A stretch of 64,000 nucleotides of DNA. Origin: a virus (taxonomy: Duplodnaviria > Caudoviricetes). The position numbers and the translations under genes are program-made. This document shows positions 19,370 to 29,620 of the stretch, in pieces; position 1 is the first letter of the stretch, and the number at the start of each line of letters is the position of its first letter. The stretch covers positions 96,189 through 160,188 of IMG/VR virus record IMGVR_UViG_3300033068_001957. The stretch is one strand, 5' to 3'. The notes under the pieces were generated by a model. The model made no database searches and had not been told where the DNA came from. It was given only the letters and a program-made list of their open reading frames with translations.

Positions 19370-19798
19370 ATGAACATTCTCAAAACACAAGACCTAGAAG
19401 ATAGAATTGTCGAATTGGAGGCTGAACGCCTAACGTGGCTAGATAGCTTGACGCAAGAGGATAAAGAGACCCTCGCAAGAAGCCTTCTTGTCACCAATGA
19501 AGAATTAACTGATCAAGACTTTCAAGAAGAATGGGAAAGCTCCATTGACGGCAATGAACTGAAAAACCTTCTTGAACTACGGGAAGATATTGGCCGATCA
19601 TGGGCAGAAAATGTTTCCCTAGTTCCAGATAGCGAATTTGAGGAATTTGCACAACAAGAGGCAGACAGCCTTGGATTGATTAGCGACAAAAATAGTTGGC
19701 CCACATGCTATATTAATTGGGAATTTGCGGCGGAAAGCTTAAAACAGGACTATTCTACTGTTGACTATGACGGCGAAACATATTATTATCGTGAATAA
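19370..19798 (+). CDS. highly acidic ArdA-like antirestriction/DNA-mimic candidate
   Basis: FEEFAQQEA...YINWEFAAESLKQDYSTVDYDGETYYYR resembles the ArdA C-terminal motif. Confidence 0.55.
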   Translation: MNILKTQDLEDRIVELEAERLTWLDSLTQEDKETLARSLLVTNEELTDQDFQEEWESSIDGNELKNLLELREDIGRSWAENVSLVPDSEFEEFAQQEADSLGLISDKNSWPTCYINWEFAAESLKQDYSTVDYDGETYYYRE

Positions 19799-19836
19799 TC
19801 CTTGACTGGCAAATAAAACGCATATACAATATACCC

Positions 19837-20169
19837 ATGAAATTCAAAGACCACTATATCGGAGACTCAAGAGGCGGATATGATATTTTTACTTTTGTCG
19901 ATAGGAGGGAGACAATGGCTAAATATTCATCATTGCGCGAAATAAAATTTGATTCTGTCTTTGAACTAATGGCAGAAATCGCTATCAGCGATAAACCCAA
20001 AGAAAAGCTTCCCCAACTTCTTCATTGGATTCAATCAATCAAAAGAACCATTGAGGGCGGCAAAAATGATATAGAGGAATTTGAGAAATCGTTCGTCACC
20101 ATTAAGAACGTTCTCGAAAAGCTTGACGCCAAGTGTCAAGAACTGACTGAACCAAAACCATCTGAATAA
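19837..20169 (+). CDS. hypothetical protein
   Basis: Leaderless after the promoter at 19802. Confidence 0.7.
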   Translation: MKFKDHYIGDSRGGYDIFTFVDRRETMAKYSSLREIKFDSVFELMAEIAISDKPKEKLPQLLHWIQSIKRTIEGGKNDIEEFEKSFVTIKNVLEKLDAKCQELTEPKPSE

Positions 20170-20170
20170 T

Positions 20171-20704
20171 ATGCCCGACCCACTTAGAGACTGGAGTGAC
20201 ATGCCCAAATGGGTTCAAGAAGCTTATTGTAAAGACCTTGCCGCCCATAAAATTATCAAAGATTGGCGCATGACCAATCAACCAATTGCGATTCTTTATG
20301 AAAAGCTGGCAATCAAAATGTATGAACTGAAAAACTTCTGGCAAGCAACGGCGGAAAATAAAATTGAAGAAGAAAAATCAACAAAAGAATCTATTCTTGA
20401 TAAAGCGCGACAAATCATTAATTCAGATATAAGCTGGGATGATAAGTACGATAGAATTTTTTCTCCCGAAATTGCCGTAGCCTTTAGAAATCAATATCCA
20501 GAATTTGGTTACTATGATCCAGATACAACACAAGAAGAAGATGTAACGGCGTGGTTTAATGCTGCTGAACGTTATATTAAATGCCTTAATCCTAAAGGTG
20601 ATTGGGTTTTTCAGCGTTCATCTGGATTCGCTGGATACCGATGCAGAAAATGCGCTGTATGGGTTTATGCCGATAATATAAAGGTTTGCAATTGCGATAG
20701 TTAA
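20171..20704 (+). CDS. hypothetical protein with C-terminal Zn ribbon
   Basis: YYDPDT motif; CRKC...CNC. Confidence 0.65.
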   Translation: MPDPLRDWSDMPKWVQEAYCKDLAAHKIIKDWRMTNQPIAILYEKLAIKMYELKNFWQATAENKIEEEKSTKESILDKARQIINSDISWDDKYDRIFSPEIAVAFRNQYPEFGYYDPDTTQEEDVTAWFNAAERYIKCLNPKGDWVFQRSSGFAGYRCRKCAVWVYADNIKVCNCDS

Positions 20705-21778
20705 TATGAAAACTATCCTAATCCTCGGCACTTTGGGCGGTTTGTTTTTAGGTTTGATTCCTGAGATTTGTTTTTTCTTTCGGCCCAAAATAATTGATGC
20801 GCCAGACCTTGACTTTATTCGGGCGAATGGTATGGTAGAAAGATCAGACGGCGAAAAGTTTGAAGTATTTTGGCCACCACTATGAAAGAAAAGATTCAAG
20901 TTTTAATTGCAAATTTTGAAAAAGATATTGATAATATCGAAAAAGATAAGCAAACAGAAGATTTTTGCTCAGGATTTCACGAAGGGCTTATTGCCGCTCT
21001 AAAGAAATCAATTGAAGAATTAAATAAAATCCTTGGCGCGGTAGAATAATAGTCATATCATCCACGGGCGCAAGGCGAAATCTCTTATTCGCGAATTATC
21101 GCTATATTGTTGATAGCAAATATAATCAATTCTGTTTTGGATTCGCAGAAATAGGCGAAATTCTCGAAATACATGGAATAAACTACAAATTTGTAGGCAA
21201 TTTTGGGCGGAAAAAAGATGCGGACGCTCTAAAGTCAGAAACTTGTTATGTTAAACCTTATTTATACGGCAAACTAAAAATTGGCTGGGTAGTGTGGGAA
21301 AGGATTTGACTCTAATTGTTTAGTGAGTATATTAAGAGTATGAACAAATTCATTCTCAACCAGCAAATCTTTGCCTCAGAACATTCTACGATTATAAAGG
21401 GAACGGCTGGAAGAATTACTGACGTATTTCAAGATGGAGCGTTCTGGAAATACCAGATCGAATGGTGCGGAGATAAAGATTTTGTTACAATCACACGCGA
21501 AACAGATTTAATTGCCGCTTAAATAATAATATCGGGATGAAAATACAAAAAGTTAAATCGTTAATTTCTGACGCTCGATATTTAAGCATCATTAAGATTT
21601 TGCTTAAACATGATAATTTATTGGCTATTTACTTTATTCGGTTGACGATGGGATTTGGCCTGACAGTCTCGAAAAAATTGATTCGCAAAATTGATAAATT
21701 TTGGGCTAAGGTTAGCAATCCATTGCAAAAATCTTGATATGTGATTGACGACTAGGAATTAACGAGTATGTTAAACTC

Positions 21779-22456
21779 ATGAACAAATTTGCTTTCTTTT
21801 TCGCCGCCAAGATTGTTTTCGCAGAACGAAATATTGAGCTTGAGCCGCTAGTTTTTCGCGGTCAGACTTTTTATCTTGGGCCGATTGGTAAAAACATTTA
21901 CTTTTCAACTGACACGGGCAAGATTGTTGTCAGTTCAGATAACAGCGATGAAAATACTCGCTGGATTCTCGTTAAGATTGGCGAATATTTTTGCCAGATG
22001 AAGAATTGTTTGATTGCAAATATTGAAGAGTTTTTGGATAAACACTTTGATTTCATTCAAGAAACTCTCCCCAAATGGCAAGGTTATATTGATAATCCTT
22101 CGACCTATGAACAGGAACAGGCAGAACGGCGCGAAAAGATCAAATCCGAACGAGCAATTCAAGACGCCGAAATTGAAAAACGCAATCAAGAACGACGCGA
22201 AAAAGCAGAACAGCTTTATCAAAATAGTCTAAAGGAGTTTTCTGAGGGCAAAATGATCGTTTGGGAATATTTTGAACGGGCCGCAAAACAGTTTGCCGTT
22301 TCTATTCCTATTAAAACTTTAGGTTTCGGGCGGAAAAACGTTGCTAAAATTGGTCATACGGGTTATTCTGTATTTGGCAGCAATCACAACTCGCCTATCT
22401 TATGGCAGGCAATCAGAGAATTGCAATCAAAGATGTTGACGCAAAAGATGATGTGA
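21779..22456 (+). CDS. hypothetical protein
   Basis: 225 aa; leaderless after the promoter at 21745. Confidence 0.75.
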   Translation: MNKFAFFFAAKIVFAERNIELEPLVFRGQTFYLGPIGKNIYFSTDTGKIVVSSDNSDENTRWILVKIGEYFCQMKNCLIANIEEFLDKHFDFIQETLPKWQGYIDNPSTYEQEQAERREKIKSERAIQDAEIEKRNQERREKAEQLYQNSLKEFSEGKMIVWEYFERAAKQFAVSIPIKTLGFGRKNVAKIGHTGYSVFGSNHNSPILWQAIRELQSKMLTQKMM

Positions 22457-22470
22457 GGTATATTATATTC

Positions 22471-22878
22471 ATGAATAAGCCCAAGCATTCCGACCTTTTC
22501 CAGCTTCTCTGTAAATCTAGCAATTCTCGCGGTGAAAAGAAAGACTGTTCAGTAAAAGCTCTTGCTGTAGTGGCGGATTTGACTTATGATGCCGCACACT
22601 TGTTAATGGCAAAAATGGGTAGAAAAAATGGTGACGGAGCACATACGGGACAAAGCCTCGCCGCTCTTAAAGAATTAGGCAAAACATATGATGATGTGAC
22701 TGATAGAGCTATGTTTGCTGAAATTAAAACGATTAAATCCTTGCAAAAGCTTGGACTCAATGGTAAATATCTAATCACAGTGTCGGGTCATATCCTAGCC
22801 ATGAAGGGCGGCGAAATACATGACTGGACAAACGACCGCCAACATAGGATTAAGAAGATTTATAGAGTTAATGATTGA
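22471..22878 (+). CDS. conserved phage protein with Cys-His-Asp pattern (papain/C39-like?)
   Basis: KDCSVKAL...GHILA...IHDW; ATG at 22471 after the promoter at 22436. Confidence 0.6.
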   Translation: MNKPKHSDLFQLLCKSSNSRGEKKDCSVKALAVVADLTYDAAHLLMAKMGRKNGDGAHTGQSLAALKELGKTYDDVTDRAMFAEIKTIKSLQKLGLNGKYLITVSGHILAMKGGEIHDWTNDRQHRIKKIYRVND

Positions 22879-24336
22879 CGCGGCCTGACACTTGAGTTAA
22901 ATTAATCCCATGAACAAAAAATACTCGCTCGAAATTTATTACCCTAGCGGCCAAATCGCCATCATGAGCCACCGCGATAAAACAAAATTCTGCAAAAAGA
23001 CCGCCCAAAAATACCTCAACGAATGGGTTCACCCTGCATGGGCATAGCGTGCGGATTATTGAGGCTGATTAAACACTTTCACCCAAAAACTCCACGACTC
23101 GAAAGACCTAAATAGTCAGGTTTCAATTATTTGTTTCGGCCCGTCTAGCTGAATCTCTCTACTAAATAGTTGACAACCAGTGGATAGTTCCCCGATAATG
23201 GGGTTTACTTTATGAATAGAAAACCCATCCAAGAAATGTCAGAAGACGAAAAAGACCAAGCAATTTATAGCGCCCGCTATATCCTTGAGGATTATTTTGA
23301 GGAGGGGAAAAGCGGCGTAGAAGCTCTAAGCGAACGCATTGGAGTAATCCCAGGCGTAGTGCATTCAGCACTAGAAGCGATTTTCGGCAAAGAAATCTAG
23401 TTGACTCATGGCGTAACTCGTCTATCTTATCCCATGATCACGACACAAAAATCCCTCCGCGAATACTTCTGGGAAACAGACGGCAAACAATTCTCCCTTG
23501 ACTATCGCAAATCTTATCGTCAAAACGATTATTCCGCCACTGTGCGCTGTGCATGGGTGGATTTCGTAGATGGAATGCGAAGGGCTGGACGAATCAGCGA
23601 AACACTGGCTCAACGCGCAACATTGTAAATATGCAACTTTTCACCCTCGAAACAATCCTAATCGAAAACGAGGCCGAAGAACCCGAAGCGGCCAAAATCT
23701 TTTGTTCGCGGGCCAAAGAGAAAGGCTTCTCCGAGGCCGAAATTCAAGAAGGATTGAAAGCTAGGATTTTAGAGTGGCGGAATTACAAACTTATATTGAT
23801 TGATTCTTAAGGATGGAACTATTTATTGTAATTATTGTTTTAATTTTGGGGTGGATAACATACAAATGATTTGACGCATGAACAAATATCGTATCTATTA
23901 TTGGGGCGCTGGATTGGAAAAATGGATTGAATTTTTCTCAACTGACGATATTGACTCAACAATAAAGAGATTCCAAGACGAAAGGCGACAAAATCCTCAC
24001 TTGATACTAAAAGTGACAGAAGAAAAAGAACTTCATATTGACATGGAAGATTAATCCAATATATTGATTTATGACATCTCTCCAAATATACCGCAAGCTT
24101 AATCCTCGCGCTCGCCGCACAAAATCAACGGCAATTATCCATTCGGGAGGAAAACAAACAATCTTTTCTTGCGTTTGTGGCGCTCGTCATACTTGCGCGA
24201 CAGATTACCGTCAAGCAAAACATGTGAGCGAGTGGAAAAACAATCACAAAGGCTGTTTAGATAATTGGGTTACAGAAAATTGCATTTGAAAGAGTTTGTT
24301 CTTGACCCCTACCCATAATTAACCTATAATATTCCC

Positions 24337-24737
24337 ATGAACGCAAAACTTCTCGCCCTAATCGAATCAGACCTTAAAGAAATCGACGTTGACCAAGCAT
24401 ACGATAATATGCTAGACGATTGTTATCCAGATTGCACCGTTGCAGGCATGAGCTTTTGCACAAGTCGGCGCTTAAAGAACTGGATGAAGTCGCCTACCGT
24501 TGCGGCAAAAATGACTGGCTTGACAGCGAAAACTATATTGAAGTAAATGGAGTATATTACGACGGTGACGAATTGGACAATCTGAAAGACCAGCTTGTTT
24601 CTGATCTTGAGTCAGAAATTGAAGATTTGGAAGAAGAGCGGGACGAAGAACCAGGCGGCGAACAAATCGCCAGCCTGAACGCTCAAATTGACGCTCTCAA
24701 TAAAGAAATCGACGAACTCGACAAATATTCATTTTAA
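24337..24737 (+). pseudogene. acidic phage protein split by a 1-nt frameshift
   Basis: YDNMLDDCYP...FCTS in one frame continues as ALKELDEVAYRCGKNDWLD in another at ~24466. Confidence 0.7.
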
Positions 24738-24774
24738 TGGTTGACGGCGGAAATAAATAAGCTATATTCTTTCT

Positions 24775-25179
24775 ATGAACTACCAAACACAAGCTCTCGA
24801 TTTCCTCGCCAAGCATGGAATTAAGTTTTCCTTCAAGCTGGCGAATACCAAAACCGCTGCATGGGGTGAAGATGAAAGGCGTAATCACTTTGTCGTTAAC
24901 TTTCGGAAGGGTCGAAAGAGTTTTTCGGCGGATTTCTTTGGTTCTGTCAACGATTACAAGGCGGGAAAGACTGAAATAGAAGCGTACGACGTACTTGCCT
25001 GCTTCTCGTATGACATCTATTGTCCTGATACGTTCGGGGATTTTTGCAGCGAATACGGCTATGACGAAGATTCCCGCACGGCTGAAAAGACCTTCCGCGC
25101 ATGTAAGAAGCTGGCCGAAAAGCTTAACAAGTTTTTTAATACAGAACAAATGAAAAAAGATTTGGCGGAAATTGCTTGA
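24775..25179 (+). CDS. conserved phage hypothetical protein
   Basis: AYDVLAC...TFGDFCSEYGYDEDSR motif; leaderless after the promoter at 24741. Confidence 0.8.
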   Translation: MNYQTQALDFLAKHGIKFSFKLANTKTAAWGEDERRNHFVVNFRKGRKSFSADFFGSVNDYKAGKTEIEAYDVLACFSYDIYCPDTFGDFCSEYGYDEDSRTAEKTFRACKKLAEKLNKFFNTEQMKKDLAEIA

Positions 25180-25210
25180 CTCAATCATTAAACCGTTATA
25201 GATTGCATCT

Positions 25211-25486
25211 ATGAATACGACATTTGAACCTCGCAGCCCAATCAAGGCACAATCCATTTGGAATTCCGCCCGCGTGAAATCCACTAAAAAGATGTGGAAC
25301 TTTCTTAGCAAGAAAGAAAGAGGAAATCTGCCCGAACTGCCCGACACGATCAAACCAATCGCTTTTCGCAGCAAAATCTTTGTTTGGGGGCCATATCAGG
25401 GAACTCTGGAAGATTTGAAGCATTTTGCCAAGCTTAAAGGTATCGCGAGTTTGAAGAGTGGCGCGATTACTTACAAGGTGGCTTGA
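25211..25486 (+). CDS. hypothetical protein
   Basis: Leaderless after the promoter at 25176. Confidence 0.7.
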   Translation: MNTTFEPRSPIKAQSIWNSARVKSTKKMWNFLSKKERGNLPELPDTIKPIAFRSKIFVWGPYQGTLEDLKHFAKLKGIASLKSGAITYKVA

Positions 25487-25541
25487 TTGGTTAAATAAAC
25501 AAATAACTTGCGGGGTTGAAATTCCCCGCTTATAATAACCC

Positions 25542-25778
25542 ATGAAACTCTTTCAATTAGCTGCCGAAAATTGGCCAGAAGATGAAGCTTGTGGCGTGTT
25601 TGACGGCTTCAAGCATCTTTGCACAGATGAATCGCCAGAATACGCTGAGGGCGAACTAAAGCGTGATTGCGAGCATTTTAAGAAAGTGTTCGGGCGGGAA
25701 CTGGATGGCGAGGAATTGTATGCCCGATTCATAGCAAAAATTGAAGAATTAAAGAAACAATTTGATTCGGCGGAGTAA
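25542..25778 (+). CDS. small acidic protein
   Basis: Leaderless; TATAAT ends 5 nt before the ATG. Confidence 0.7.
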   Translation: MKLFQLAAENWPEDEACGVFDGFKHLCTDESPEYAEGELKRDCEHFKKVFGRELDGEELYARFIAKIEELKKQFDSAE

Positions 25779-27012
25779 GTAAGTTATATTTAAGACATGA
25801 AAACCCAAACACAACATTTCTGGTCTAGCCACGCCAACCAAGCGGCCAAAAATGAAACCCTCGACTGGATTCAAAAAACAAATCCAATCACGCCCGCCGA
25901 ATTGGAAAAACTGAAACAAAAAAACCCAAAACTTTGGGGCGGATTTAAATTGACGAGCAAGGATTAATAAATTATAATTAAGTCATGAACAAAATCAAAT
26001 ACGACCCGTCAATTAATACCCTCTCCTCTGACCGCCACCTTTGGAGCTTGTGCCAAGAGGGTATTTCTGGCGTGATTCGCGAGGGTGTAGCGCCGACTCT
26101 TAACAAGGCTATGAAAGAGATTCGCGCCGCTAAAAAATGGCATAAGAATCAATTGGCCGCCCCGCCTGCTGAAATTGTGATTTGAGGTTGACGGGTTATA
26201 ATAATTGAAGCATAATAGCTGTATGAATGTTCCACCGTGTATTATAAACCAATTGAAAGATTGGCGAGCCTTGAAGGAAAAAGGGAACTCCATTTGTTAT
26301 GCTATTAAGTCGTACGAGGCATTAATTCGTTTCTATCGTTGTAAAAACAAAAATAGAAAAAAATCTCATTATAAAGACTACGCCAGATTTAATTGCAAAT
26401 CATTTGACGCGGCAGAATAATTAAACTATAAAATCACATGAATAAAGAACTTGCTTTAAAACTGGCCGCTGTCTTACATTCCATTCGCAATAAAGATTCA
26501 TATGGAATGACTTTAGATGCGATTTCACAAATCGGAGATTTCGTAAAAGAAGAATGCACTGATCCTTCTCTTTCAGAAAAAGAGTTTTACGATACGGTTT
26601 TTATCATGAAAGTATTTGAGTGCCAGTATAATTAAAGTATAATAAAGATATGAATAAATTTTACCGCCACAAGGATCAATTCTTTTTTGGTTGGCCTCGC
26701 TCTGGACTATGTTATTTAATCGAGCTTGACGATAAATTCAATGCCCGCTATCTTTTCGAGGATGGTTCAGAATCAAAATGGGAAAAGGTCGAGCCATATT
26801 ATCAAAACATGATAAAAAAGGGTATTTGGTTAGAAATAGCCGAATTGCCAGAAAAGCCGTGGGAGATTAAAACCAATTGAATTTACCCGTCATGTTAAAC
26901 AATCAAACCAAAACCTTTCGGCGGAAAATAAAGAAACAAAATAACTTTCGGCGGAAATAAAAAGACTTGGAAAAGAGCTTGACCGAGAAAACTTTAGGGA
27001 GTATATTGCTTT

Positions 27013-27327
27013 ATGAAACACAAACTGATTCTTGAAATTGAAGCGCCCGATCATCTTAAGGCTCTCCCTGATGTGGGAGAAATCAAGAGCGCCATTACAA
27101 GGGGATTTTACGAATACTTTGGAAATTGGGTGGCGCAAAATATTGAAATCAATCTTTCCAGCGCGGAAGATAAACCGTTGAATTACAACAATCTAGAACG
27201 CGCAATTAGGCGTGACGTAGTAGTCGATTACAATGAGAAACAAGGCTATACTGTCACCGAAAAACCCTCAGAAGATACTGAGGGTGATTGGTCTAGCGAA
27301 CTATGGGAGCAAAGACTAAGTAGATAA
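27013..27327 (+). CDS. hypothetical protein
   Basis: Leaderless after the promoter at 26979. Confidence 0.7.
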   Translation: MKHKLILEIEAPDHLKALPDVGEIKSAITRGFYEYFGNWVAQNIEINLSSAEDKPLNYNNLERAIRRDVVVDYNEKQGYTVTEKPSEDTEGDWSSELWEQRLSR

Positions 27328-27703
27328 GATACATATAGGAATAACACAAGGGATATACTCTTACTAGGACATAAACAACGCAATTACTTTTTGAGGGGAG
27401 TTGATAACATTTGGTAATGATCTACTTGCCTTCTAAATCTCCCAAATAACTCCAAACACTTGCAAAATACAAGTAATTCTCCGATAATACTTGACAATCT
27501 CTCAAACACGCGCTAAAGTTAATCAACTGAAAATCAACAAACTAACACATGACTACGCCATATATCATCTATCTTATCGTTTGCCTCGTCTATGGATTCA
27601 CTACGGAATACAAATTAAATCAATTTAGATTCTGGCTTGGCATTGTCCTTATTATTACTGCTTTTAAGTGCGGAATGCTGAATAAATAAACGCATAATAG
27701 TAA

Positions 27704-28204
27704 TCAGAGCTTAATTAATCCGCCATGGACTTCCCTATGGCAATTAGAACAAAGCAAAACACATTTAGAAAGCTCTTCTAGAATTTCATTTAAATTTTTT
27801 CCCGCTGCGTTACTCCCTATGGAAAAAGACTTGGTAGACGGGTCTAGATGATGAAACTCTAATGCTCCCATATATCGGTTATAACCGCAATTAGAACAAC
27901 CCGCCTTTTTCTTTTCCAGAATCAAATCTTTTGCCCGCTCTGTCGAAATATCTCGTTTAATTTTTCTCAGCTTTTTTGGTTTAGCTTTTTTTAAAGCTGA
28001 AAAATCGAAATCATTTTCTGTTATCTCGTCTCTTTCGATAAAATCGTCTATTTTTAAAGAGTTATCTAAAACTGAAAAAGTTATTTCAGTTTTCGGCTCT
28101 ATCTTTAATGATTTATCTTTCGATTTCATTGGGTATGGGAATGGAATCCCATATTTTGCTTCCGCCACAATTGCATCGTGAATATCCTTAAATGAAATTT
28201 CCAT
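27704..28204 (-). CDS. HNH endonuclease
   Basis: CSNCGY...LEFHHLDP...ELSKCVLLCSNCHREVH. Confidence 0.85.
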   Translation of the reverse strand: MEISFKDIHDAIVAEAKYGIPFPYPMKSKDKSLKIEPKTEITFSVLDNSLKIDDFIERDEITENDFDFSALKKAKPKKLRKIKRDISTERAKDLILEKKKAGCSNCGYNRYMGALEFHHLDPSTKSFSIGSNAAGKNLNEILEELSKCVLLCSNCHREVHGGLIKL

Positions 28205-28625
28205 GTTAAATAATAACAAAACAATTTGACAATCTCTCAAATATACTCTAATATATCTCATGAACGAAAACCTCAAACATGCTCTAGACCTAATCGAATG
28301 GATTGAAAAATACTCTTTCGACTTTGGCGCTCAGACTCGCGCTCATCACGCCAAGGGTTTTATTGATGCGTTTATTCTTGAAACGAACGACAAAGAAGAT
28401 TTGCAGGCTGAATACGATTTAGATCATAAAGGCGCTTGACTCTCACGACAATCTGTTATATATTAATCACATGAACGAAGCAAAATACAAAGTCGTCAAA
28501 ATTGGCCGCAAATCCAACCGCCGCACAATTCTCGAAAAGAACTTAACAGAATCTGAAGCTCAGCGAGTAGTCGCACGTTATCCTGATTCGTCGCGGTCTA
28601 TGATTTGCTACTTTCGGCAGTAGTG

Positions 28626-28659
28626 CTCGCCGCAGGGCATCCCTTACGGGATAAAGAAT
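28626..28659 (+). repeat. copy 1 of a hairpin motif repeated at 29457-29489
   Basis: CTCGCCGCAGGGCATCCCTTACGGGATAAAGAAT versus CTCGCCGTAGGGCATCCCTGCGGGATAAAGAAT. Confidence 0.85.
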
Positions 28660-28677
28660 AAAACAAATTTCAAAAAC

Positions 28678-28753
28678 GCCCCTTTACTCCAATGCAGAGA
28701 GCGGAATCTTAAAAATTCTGAATGTCCGAGGTCGTGTCTCGGAAGGGGTACCA
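28678..28753 (+). tRNA. tRNA-Leu(UAA), short variable arm
   Basis: Acceptor GCCCCTT/AAGGGGT-A-CCA; GGAAT-CT TAA AA-ATTCT; T-arm CCGAG-GTCGTGT-CTCGG. Confidence 0.8.
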
Positions 28754-28762
28754 ATTTCAAAT

Positions 28763-28842
28763 GCTCCTGTATTCCCTCCCGCTTCTAACGGGTAGAAAGG
28801 ATAATTGGATACATGTAGGATCATACCCTATCAGGAGCGCCA
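28763..28842 (+). tRNA. structurally rearranged tRNA-Arg(UCU)-like gene
   Basis: Perfect acceptor GCTCCTG/CAGGAGC-G-CCA; CCCG-CT TCT AA-CGGG; T-arm GTAGG-ATCATAC-CCTAT; no 5' D-arm, but D-loop-like AATTGGATA 3' of the anticodon arm. Confidence 0.7.
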
Positions 28843-28867
28843 AATTTCAACCAAATATTTCTAAAAT

Positions 28868-29184
28868 GTATCGGTAGCTTAATAGTCAAAGCAGCGAACT
28901 CAAAATGGGTCGGTAGTAAGGAAACTTACTATTTGTAAGGTGTAAATTCGGTGAACGGTTAATTTATTGATCCACCTATAGAGAGGGTAATTATATCTCG
29001 AATCAATAAACTCCCAACGCCGAGCGAAATCCAGAAATGGAGACGTGTAGAGACTATAATCACCAGCCTTTAAAATGGCTAAGGCATAGTCCAGACTACA
29101 AACAATTCTTAGGAATTGGCGGTGAAAACCGTAGTGGTAGGCATAATTCGTTGATTGAGGGTGCGAATCCCTCCCGATACACTA
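28868..29184 (+). tRNA. tRNA(CAU) (elongator Met or Ile2), intron-containing; exons 28868-28900 and 29142-29181
   Basis: Spliced form: GTATCGG/CCGATAC acceptor, GCTT/AAGC D-arm, GCGAA-CT CAT AA-TTCGT, GAGGG-TGCGAAT-CCCTC; ends ACTA. Confidence 0.9.
28901..29141 (+). ncRNA. group I self-splicing intron (241 nt, no ORF)
   Basis: The 5' exon ends in U, paired to G in P1 (ACT|C-AAAAT-GGGT). P7 elements GTAGAGACTA (29047) and CATAGTCC (29085). Terminal omega-G at 29141. Confidence 0.9.
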
Positions 29185-29236
29185 ATTTAAACAAAATAAA
29201 CCTTGCGGCGGAAATAAAAACCGCTATATTGGTTAT

Positions 29237-29422
29237 ATGAAAACATCAAAAGACATCCAAACTCAATTCAACGCCAAAACAATCACAAAAGGCGCGGGAA
29301 ATGTTTTCTCTTGCGGGGTGTTCATTGACGGCGAAAAGCTTTGTGATGGCTTGGGTTCTACGTTGGAAAATGCGGAAGATACAGCCTATTATGCTGCAAA
29401 AATCTCTCTTCGAGACAAATAA
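29237..29422 (+). CDS. small protein, dsRNA-binding-domain-like pattern
   Basis: FSCGVFIDGEKLCDGLGSTLENAEDTAYYAA resembles the dsRBD C-terminal consensus; leaderless. Confidence 0.5.
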   Translation: MKTSKDIQTQFNAKTITKGAGNVFSCGVFIDGEKLCDGLGSTLENAEDTAYYAAKISLRDK

Positions 29423-29456
29423 ACCTTGACCCGCCCAAATAAATAACCTATAATTA

Positions 29457-29620
29457 CTCGCCGTAGGGCATCCCTGCGGGATAAAGAATCGAATAAACCC
29501 CTTTTATTCTCGTTTTGGCGCGTCGTAATTTTGGCCGCTGTCCTGATACTCGCGACAAATTTAAACGATTCGATTTTTCGGCCCAAAATAGAAGATTATT
29601 CTCAAATTTGAGAAAACAAT
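29457..29620 (+). ncRNA. candidate small structured RNA
   Basis: Consensus promoter TTGACC-17-TATAAT (29426-29454) with no ATG following; starts with the repeated hairpin motif. Confidence 0.55.

Noticed and set aside
24697-25374. Long antisense ORFs (also 32934-33515, 54986-55402, 62754-63323)
   Set aside because: They lie opposite well-supported genes and show no recognisable motifs.
29037-29240. 67-aa ORF as an intron-encoded protein
   Set aside because: It runs through the ribozyme core and tRNA exon 2 and has no nuclease motif.
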